This document shows positions 55,501 through 64,000 of a DNA stretch of 64,000 bases, piece by piece; position 1 is the first letter of the stretch; every line of letters starts with the position of its first letter. The position numbers and the translations under genes were made by a program. The notes below the pieces were generated by a model. It was not told where the DNA came from and searched no databases. It saw nothing but the letters and a program-made list of their open reading frames with translations. The DNA is taken from contig CT868629.1 of assembly GCA_000165425.1 (NCBI GenBank), forward strand, positions 186,001 to 250,000. The letters run 5' to 3'. Source of the DNA: Paramecium tetraurelia. Its lineage: Eukaryota.

Positions 55501-57000
55501 TTTTTCTTTCTCTTAACAAATATGTTCTTACTTTTTGACTAATTGTGTTAATTATTCTAATTCTCCTAATTGTCTTCTACATTATTCTAAATCTTTTATT
55601 AATGTATGCACTCTTTCATTTGCTATAGTTAATTCTTATCTAACTGCCTGCAACTCTTAAATTTCGAGTGTTTTTTATCTTAAAAGAGCAAGTGTTTCAT
55701 TTAAGACCTTATCCTTTTATCCATTAGAAGTCTGCAAGTTCTATTTATCAATAACTAATAAATCTATTTGTTCCTATAATCTTTGAATTTGCCTATTATC
55801 TCTTTGTAACTATTATAATATGACATTTTAATACTTTTTGATTCACATCCTCCAACGTCTATATTTTACTATTCAATTGTTCAATCTCATTGAAAGAGTG
55901 CTCCAAACGAATGTTGGATTCATCCAATAATCCTTATAATCTTATTTTCTCTTCATCTAATGCACTGTTTTCAACTATAACAATCTTCTCCTCCTTCACA
56001 ATTTATAACTTTGGTTTCTCTTATAACAATCCATTTAATCTGACTATTTCCTTGTCCTTCTCATCCAATTTTCCTAACTAATTTGTCAATTCACTTAATC
56101 GTTTTTAAAATTCCTATTGTTATTGTCTCAAACCATTTAATTCATTGTTTAATAAAGTATTTTAATGTTCCTTTTCAAATAAATTAACTTATGTTTATTA
56201 GAGTAATTAAGAGTGATTTTCTGGATTCTTCTCAACCTTTTGCTTTTCTGTCTACTATTCATTCAATTCTACTTGTGGAGATTGTGGCTGAGTGTCTACA
56301 TTCTCTAAAAGATCATATTTCTTAAGTCCTTCTTCTCGTAATTCTAATAGTCGTTTTCTCTCATTTTCTGATTTTGTGAATCTCTCCTTCCAAAGTTCAA
56401 CATCATGTTTCCAATTGATTATTTAATTCTTTAAGTCTTGGTTAATTAACTCCCAATTCTTATTTTATTACAAGAACTATTCTAATGAGTTGTATTTGTT
56501 ATTTAACTATATTAATCGGATTATTTAATACTTCTTATATCTCTCTATCCTTGAACAGCAATAGCTAGATATTCCTATGTAATTCTTGGTCCACCTCCCT
56601 CAGTGAATCTATTTATTATTCCAATTCTAAGATTTTTAATTAGGCTTGTTCCAAATCCCTGGATTTCACTTACAGCAAGCAACTTAATTGTTTGTTTTCC
56701 TCAGACAATATAGTGTTCTTGGATTCATATTATATGAGCTTAAATCAAAAATGGATATATACTGATTATTCGTATGTAACATAGAGATCCAATTATTACT
56801 GGATTTTGAAAGAATGCTCCTTTTAAGCTTCGACTTCAGCCATTAGCTCTGCAATTCTAATTTCACAGTATGCAATATCAGCCGTAGCAGGTAAATTAGG
56901 CTTGCGAACATTCTTGTACACAATTTCTAAAGATAGATTGATAAAAGATACTTTCTTCAGGATCAGGGATGTAAACACTTTGAATTGTATTGGTGTCCAT
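52536..57000 (-). CDS. Very long repetitive coiled-coil protein, probably cortical cytoskeleton (epiplasm-type)
   Basis: About 1450 aa, Q/E/K/L-rich; recurring W[KRQ]x[KR][YF] units, VIKRIEKVVI-type segments and LENKCAMMSSEIERL. Confidence 0.75.
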
Positions 57001-57270
57001 TAAAATATAAAAATTATTGCACACTAAATCTTGGATTTTATCATATAATTTTCATTTCATTTATATTTATTTATTCTCCGTATTATCCTTTACCTCACAC
57101 CAACATCTCCTCACCTCACAATTACACTCATGCAAAATCTATTTACTCTTTTTTATCTGTAGCATTAAAATTATTATTTAGTCCTTGGATTACTTAAAAA
57201 AAGAAGAAAGCATTTTGTATAATAATATAATCTATATGTTTGAGGATTGGAATGTGATGAAATGATCAAT

Positions 57271-57607
57271 TCAACTTCTTTAATGCTATTCAACCGTATT
57301 ACTTTCAATATTGATGCAGTTTGATGATATGCAATCCATCAATGAATAAGATTATGGTACTTTATCTAAGCATAAGTCAAACTAAATATTAAAATTTTTT
57401 ATTGACTTTCTCAATATCTTCATCTTTTTCAAGTTCATTTGAGCAACTCTTAAGGTTATCGGCACATCCCTTTATTCTTGCACAAGCTCCTGTTTAATTT
57501 CTGCAAAGTTTTGCTATGCAGCTAGTCATTTGATCATCTACATTCTTGTGGATTGATCTTGTTGTGATTGTGGAAATCAATAGGACAATCATTAAGATAT
57601 ATTTCAT
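57271..57607 (-). CDS. Small secreted cysteine-rich protein (103 aa, 8 Cys)
   Basis: Signal peptide MKYILMIVLLISTITT; CIAKLC..C..GC..C..C..CISSNC; 25-nt intron 57382-57406. Confidence 0.8.
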
Positions 57608-58371
57608 TTTAAATACTTAAGAATAATAGTTATTAATGATAGCTTAAAATATATTAAAATTTCAGTAAATATGACTTGTTATATTATTTACTTAAATGTA
57701 ATACACATTTATAAGGAAGAGGAATACATTATAATCAACTCATTACCATATTTTTACTAAACCCAATTATTCTATCCTCCCTTACAGAAATTATAATAAG
57801 GCAGGAGTTTTGAATTTCAAGTTTAAATCCAGAAATCTCTTTTAATATATTCTAGAATAATCAATTCTCTTTTAAATATACTTAAAAAACTTGAAAGCAA
57901 ATTGAACAAATTTTAATTTTCCCCTTTGTATCAAAATTTATAAAGATATCTAAATTAAGGACACAGTTATTGAAAATTGAATTAATACTCTTTGACATAT
58001 TTATAAAAGTAATTATTAAGTAAAATATATCCTAATACTCTCAGTTAATTGAAACCTTTATTTGTGAAATTGAAAATTTATTCTGCAAAATAAGTTTTTA
58101 TCTTATCAAGATATTTTAATTAAATGAATAAAGGTTTATTTGATTATTATCTATGAAATGATCAATTCAGTTACTTTAAATAGGAATCTTCAATTCTTTT
58201 CCTGATTTTGTTCTCTAATCCAAATATTCCATCAAATTCTTTGAAATTATCGTATCAAATTGATAAACCTTTGCTTTCTTGTGTATGATATTTTCAGTCT
58301 CTCTCTAGTTATAGATAATTTCTTATTTAATAGTAAATACGTATTAATTATTAATAACATAAACTATTAAA

Positions 58372-60366
58372 ATGGGAAACTAGCAAGGGCAATAAAACGT
58401 AAGCGAAGACATTTATGTCACAAACTAAATGTTAACAGTTAATTTGAGTGGAATTTAAGAGTTAGAAGCAGAATTTTTGAATTTTATAAATGATAAAAAG
58501 AGAAGGGATAGATGGTAATCTTGTTTGAAATAATTTAAAATAACTTCAATGGAAGATCTTATCTCTGCCTATGGGTTAGACAAAGAAAGCAAGGTTGGAA
58601 GACGTTGTAATGAAGCTGAACATTTAATACTCACTAATTATTTTTTGAAGAAATAAAAAGAATATGAGGCAAAGTTTGAAGAATAAAAACTGATCACTTA
58701 GGATTATATTTCAGAGTATTTAAAGACTAACAAAATCTAAAATGACATGGTAAGAATTGAGGACAAGGACTATCATATAAGAAATATATTAATTGTTGGA
58801 ATAACTGGATAAGGGAAAACTACTTTTATCAATAGTTTTATTACTTATCTAAAAGGATTCAACACCCATAAGAGTTATGAAAATTTTCATTCAAGATTTT
58901 ATATTGATAAGCCTAATAGCAAAGATGTAAAATCTCACACTTAAAATGTTCAATCCTATTAAATTATATTTGAGGACTATATATTCAATTTAATTGATAC
59001 ACCAGGCCTAGGTGATACTGAAGGCTTAGAAAAAGATCAAAAGATAGTAGATGATATTGGAAAATTCCTTGAGTAGAATCTCTTTGAAAATAATTAAAAT
59101 CTTCATTCTGTATTAATAATTTCATAATCATCAACTCAATATGAAATTATTGATAATAAGCTAACACTTTTGTAAACTTCTATGTTGAGTATTTTAAAAT
59201 TGTTTGGAAAATAAATGAGTAGATATGCACAACATTGTCTTTCATTTTCAGATTTCACAGCAGCTAATACTTTAAATTTTGAGAGTCCCAACTCTATTTT
59301 CTATTCATTAACTGAGCAATAATTGTAATTTATTCATGAAAATTAACAGTAAGAGCATTAATAATCTAAATAACTTGATGACCTAACTTTTAAAACTTAA
59401 GTTTAACTCAATTAATAATAGGAGAGTACCTACTAATAATATTATTAATTTCAAAATTCTGTTTTTCTAGTGAAAAAACTAGGATTTATTGAAAAAATTC
59501 AAATTAAAAAAAATGTAGAAAATTATTTATCCATAACATAAAGAGTTAAAAATAGCATGGGATTTGATCTATAAAATAGTGTTGAAGTTATTGCCTAAAG
59601 AAAGATATTGAAGCAAGAAAGAGATTAAATTCATTTGAAATTAAAGAATTTGATAACAAATAAAAATAGAATAAATGATAATATTAGGAAAATTTAAATA
59701 TATTAAAGTAGAATTGAAGAGTCATCAAACTTTGAATTTTATGAATACATAACAGAATGTAAGCGAGAATTTCACCCTTAAGAAGGAATGTTCTTTACAA
59801 ATTGTTTAAAATGCAATAAAACATGTTGTGAAATTTGTGCCGTTAAAAATGAGCACTTATCAAATTGCATTTAAATGATCAAAAAAAAAAATGAAATTAT
59901 CTGTTAATCTTGTAATTGTTTATTAGATAAACATATCAATGAAAAATATAGATGGAGTTTTACAACAGAATAAATAAAAAGAATAAATCAATCTCTTTAA
60001 AAAGAAAATGAAAATGCTAAATCTCAACATGAAAAGTTTAACCAAATTCTTGCTAATCTATAAAAATCTTTGATTGAAATTTAGGAAGATATTAAAATAA
60101 CTCTAATTTAGATGAAAAACTGTTTTGAAACTTTATTGTCTTCAGCCTTATACACAGTTGATATTTAGGACTAAGAAGCTTATGATTTTATATTAAGGTT
60201 ATATCCAGAATATAGGGAGGCTTTTTAGGAATTTTAGACTCAGGAAGAAATGAAAGTTAGTCAAAAGATTAGGAAAGATATCAGAGACAAAAAGATGTTA
60301 GTTTCTTAAACATTATTAAGTATCAAAACTTAGTAGTTCTAGGATAAATCATTCTAAAGATTTTGA
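58372..60366 (+). CDS. AIG1/septin-like P-loop GTPase with Cys-rich module and coiled coil, single exon (664 aa)
   Basis: NILIVGITGQGKTTFIN (G1), LIDTPGLGDT (G3); TNCLKCNKTCCEIC..C..CQSCNC..H. Confidence 0.85.
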
Positions 60367-60698
60367 AAATTTCATATTTTTATTGTTCTAAATCTGTTTA
60401 ATTATTTTATTTAATTTAAGCATATCAAAATATATATTCTTTATTTTTATATCTTCATAATTATCTTATCAATTATGTTAGTTGAAATGATAATTCAATT
60501 AAGATAAAAATACATTAATTAAGAGTAGAAATATACTCTCAATTTATTCAAAGATTTTTGAAATAGATGAATTTCTTTAATAAAAGGTAAAATACACAAA
60601 CCTTATATTGAGAGGACAATTAATCAGAACTTTAGGTATTCTATTTATTTTATTAGAAAATTTTAATATTGAATTTCTTATCTAAATTTATACAATTT

Positions 60699-61815
60699 TC
60701 ACAATCCTTTATTAAAAACGATAGTTTTAATCTTATTTCCTTTGCTATTTGTTAAATTTTAATATTATGATTCTAGATCACTTGGATTAACCTTTAAATA
60801 TTATGGGAATATTCCTATTCCAACAGAAAGACCACAATATAAGAAAAATCCGGACAAACCTAGTTGCTATAATGAAAATACTTAAGTCGAGTGCTAAACC
60901 TATTGCTCTCCCTTGAGGATAACATTTTGCTTATTTCATATAATAAATGACAATGGGTGGAATAAACATGGGCAATGGCAATATATATCTAGTAACAAGT
61001 GTTTTAAAGAATGCAATTTTTGCTTAAAAATTAGTAATTGATGTTATTTACCAGCCTCTTTAGATAATCCTGGTAATGGTTCTTAGGTTTCATCATCAAA
61101 AACTTGAATTCCCTTTTAAAAATCAGGATATCTTGCAAAAAAAAGATTGAATGTGTTTGCAATCAGCACACCAAATAAGGGACAGGCCTTTAAATGAAAT
61201 GAGAGATATAATTACTCTAATGAGAAGTGCAGGTGCATTTAATTTCTTGAAGAGCCATGATGTTCCCAAACTTCCAACTACTGCTGATGATACTGCTCCA
61301 CCATAGGAGACTAATGATACAATTAGATTTTACATGCTAACATTTCATTAGAAAACACATTAGATGCATTTCTATTACAATAATTAAACATAAAGTTATA
61401 AGTTTGATTAGCGGATTGAGCAAGTAATTGATTGATAGGCTATGAATGAAAATAAGAATTACTGTTGGTGGTAATACAGCTAATCCAAATGCTAAAGGAA
61501 CATTTACAGGAACAAATGTTGAAGTTCTGAAGAGAATGTTTACAGGTTCCTTCAATTAAGGGTGAATGTTTGAATCCAAAACATATCTCATTTTCCATAG
61601 TTATTGATCTGTGTATTTAGTCCTGATTGAAGGATCTTTGTCAACGTTTTCTAAAATCCTTCCATATTCACTCAATTGTTCAGGAGAATAAAAAATATTG
61701 CTATGATAAAACTAAGTCATTACGCAGGACTAATAATATTTTGAAAATGCTTGAGTCTACCCCAGTAAGTAGTTAAATCCTCTGCTGAATCTTCTTTATT
61801 AGTATATCTCTTCAT
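60699..61815 (-). CDS. Sideroflexin (mitochondrial SFXN transporter family)
   Basis: DLTTYWGRLKHF, DSNIHP, FVPVNVP, NQTYNFMFNYCNRNA, C-terminal FNKGL*. Confidence 0.92.
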
Positions 61816-61854
61816 AAATAATTAATAATGTAATTAAAAAATTCCATTATTACG

Positions 61855-63664
61855 TCACTTTTATATTCTTGAAATGTAAATTTTTGTTTATATAAATATT
61901 CAATTCTTCTTTCTTTTTTACATTAAGGTTTTTAAAGATTCCCCTTAATTTTTTTATTTAACAAGATTTTTATTTTCTGCTGTTTTTACTTTATCAGGAA
62001 ACAAAGTCTTTTAAATGTGCTTAGTTTAAGGATCATCAGCAAGGACCTAAATATTATGGTATTTTAATTACAATCCAATCTTACTTTTCTCCATCTTGAT
62101 CACTCTCATCAGAGTCTACATAATCAGAATCCTCAACTTCATCTTTTTGCGCTTAAATGTCATCTTCCTTAAAATATAAATGATGTTACTTCTTGATTTT
62201 ATTAATTTGACCTATCTAAATCATTTGAATCTGGATTCGCTTTTTGTTTGTGATCTTCTTCTTCCTTTTCTTTTCTTTCAGCTTCTTCCTGCGCTCTTCT
62301 TTCCTCTTCCTTCTACTACTGACTCAGCACTTATTCTTCATACTATTATCTTTTTCTTCTATATATATCCTCAACATCCTAAAACACTTTCAATTCTTTT
62401 GATAATCCTTGAGATTTTATTACTTCAATTTAAGCAATAATTTAATCATTTGAGACCATTTTTTCTTTACAGAAATCTGCAACTTTTTAACTTGTAGTAA
62501 AAAGCAATGACATTGTACTTTTCAAACTAGATATTCTTTTTTCTTTTGCAGCAAGATACGATTTTTCTTTCTACATGATTTCTATCTCGACTTCCTTCTA
62601 TCTGATTCCTTAATCCAATTATTCAAATTCTTTCTCTTTCTCTTATTATTCTTTCAGATTCTAGTTCTCCTTCAATAAAAATAAAACTATCTCATTTATC
62701 TCAATAATAATTCTTGCTTGATCTTTGATATCAATATCGTATATTCCTTTTATTACTTCCTTTTTCTCCGAGACCAATTCATCTACCAACATAATTTAAA
62801 AAGATTCTAATTTATCATATTCTTAGGTGAATTACTGCACTTTCTCTTAAAATTTGAAATCTTAATGGAAGATGTGCTGTTTAATCGCTTTCCAAGCAAA
62901 TAAATTTTCATACATCTTTGATTCCTCTTCTGATAAGGCCACTCTCTTTATTGGTCTTGAACCCGAAAGAGGTTTTCTACCCCCGCAAGCAAATATTCCT
63001 GTACTCTAAGGTGGGGCTGGCTAATTTATAATTGATTCAGGCTATAATTGAATTTTTTCAACTTTTAACTTAAGTTCTTCTGCAAGTTATATTGGTCCTT
63101 TTTTCTTCTTTAATAAGCATCCTATCACCCAATTAAAAATGACCCCAGTCTTATTATCTGGTTCAGGAACATCGAGTTTATCTTTTGATATCACTAATAT
63201 TACTTAATATTGAAAGCTAAATTTCTTCAATTAATTTGATTAATTTTGCTTTTTATTTTATAGTCTCTTGCTCAGCCCATTTCTTTTATTCCTCAGTTTA
63301 TTTCAATTTTAATTCTATGTTTTTAAATTCTTTCTAAGCTGAATTCAATTCTAAATCTATGTGGGTTGGCACTTTTAATTGCTAAACATAACTCAAATTT
63401 TTACTTCCAATATTTTTATCCCTTCCATAACGGATGAATTCAATTATTCTCCCTTTACCTAGACCTCTCTCAAATATTAATCCTAAGTTAAAGCAAGATG
63501 AATACTTCTCCATCAATATAATTTTTGATTTGAATATTTAGATTCGTACTAACGGTATCAACTTCACTTCTTCTTTTCAAACAATAATTTCGAGCATCGT
63601 CAAATTTGCTTATTTGATCCACATCATCAATAAATCTACAATCCGTTATTTAAAGTGTATACAT
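61855..63664 (-). CDS. Hypothetical protein with a dynein-stalk/MTBD-like segment and E/K-rich coiled coil
   Basis: MYTLQITDCRF... with about four tiny introns; ends QEYKK*; the domain call is an inference. Confidence 0.7.
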
Positions 63665-63698
63665 AAATTAAATAATTAATATAAATAATAAAAATAAT

Positions 63699-63854
63699 AT
63701 GGGCTCATCAAACTCAAAACAACCTTCTATCTGTGATTAGACTAGAGTTCAAAGGGATCGATGCATCTTTAAAAATGGCGAAAACAACTGCATCAATGAG
63801 ATAGCCTAGCACACTTAATGCATGAAGGATAAAGGTTTTGCATTAAAAAGTTGA
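63699..63854 (+). CDS. Cox17-like twin-Cx9C protein (51 aa)
   Basis: MGSSNSKQPSICDQTRVQRDRCIFKNGENNCINEIAQHTQCMKDKGFALKS* matches the Cox17 pattern C..T...RD.CI...GE..C...I..H..CM...GF. Confidence 0.85.
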
Positions 63855-63881
63855 TTATTTTATTTTATCATAAATTAATTA

Positions 63882-64000
63882 ATGGAAATTGAAAAAGAAA
63901 TCATTAAACTGTCATCTTGCTAGAAATTCTTACTAATTTAAAGTTTTAGAACATTGATCAATATAATTGATTTGGAGAATTTTAAACAGAAGCAAATCAA
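63882..64000 (+). CDS. 5' end of a hypothetical protein (truncated by the window)
   Basis: MEIEKEIIKLSSCQKFLLIQSFRTLINIIDLENFKQKQI, open to the window end. Confidence 0.55.

Noticed and set aside
57257..58169. Identical 17-mer ATGAAATGATCAATTCA at 57257 and 58153
   Set aside because: Flanks are not homologous at protein level, and such a match is plausible by chance in very AT-rich DNA.
6325..62440. Most entries of the supplied ORF track (e.g. 6325-6588, 7733-8023, 43883-44119, 52773-53039, 62180-62440)
   Set aside because: Computed with the standard code; they are antisense or off-frame shadows, or fragments of longer code-6 genes.

Overview
AT-rich eukaryotic DNA from a ciliate, most likely the somatic (macronuclear) genome of a Paramecium species. 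Genes read only with translation table 6 (TAA/TAG = Gln, TGA the only stop), carry tiny 20-32 nt GT..AG introns and are often only 20-100 bp apart, so the supplied standard-code ORF track shows only fragments. Manual re-translation gives about 28 protein genes. Recognisable ones are a Piwi/Argonaute with an intact DEDH slicer tetrad (5055-7484), Rab2-like GTPase, two CNBD-containing K+ channels, three paralogous multi-TM PAS proteins, MYG1, a TRAF-type RING protein, vacuolar H+-pyrophosphatase, a single-domain PDI/thioredoxin, Tousled-like kinase, an EF-hand protein and sideroflexin. The most unusual items are a Cox17-like twin-Cx9C protein lacking the copper-binding CC, a tail-anchored tandem-longin protein with no SNARE motif, an acylated pseudokinase-TPR fusion, a stand-alone dynein-stalk-like protein, an intronless AIG1/septin-like GTPase with a Cys-rich module, lesions in one K+ channel and an intergenic hairpin. 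No rRNA, tRNA, CRISPR, telomere or convincing IES/transposon was seen. All family calls come from manual motif recognition, not database searches.
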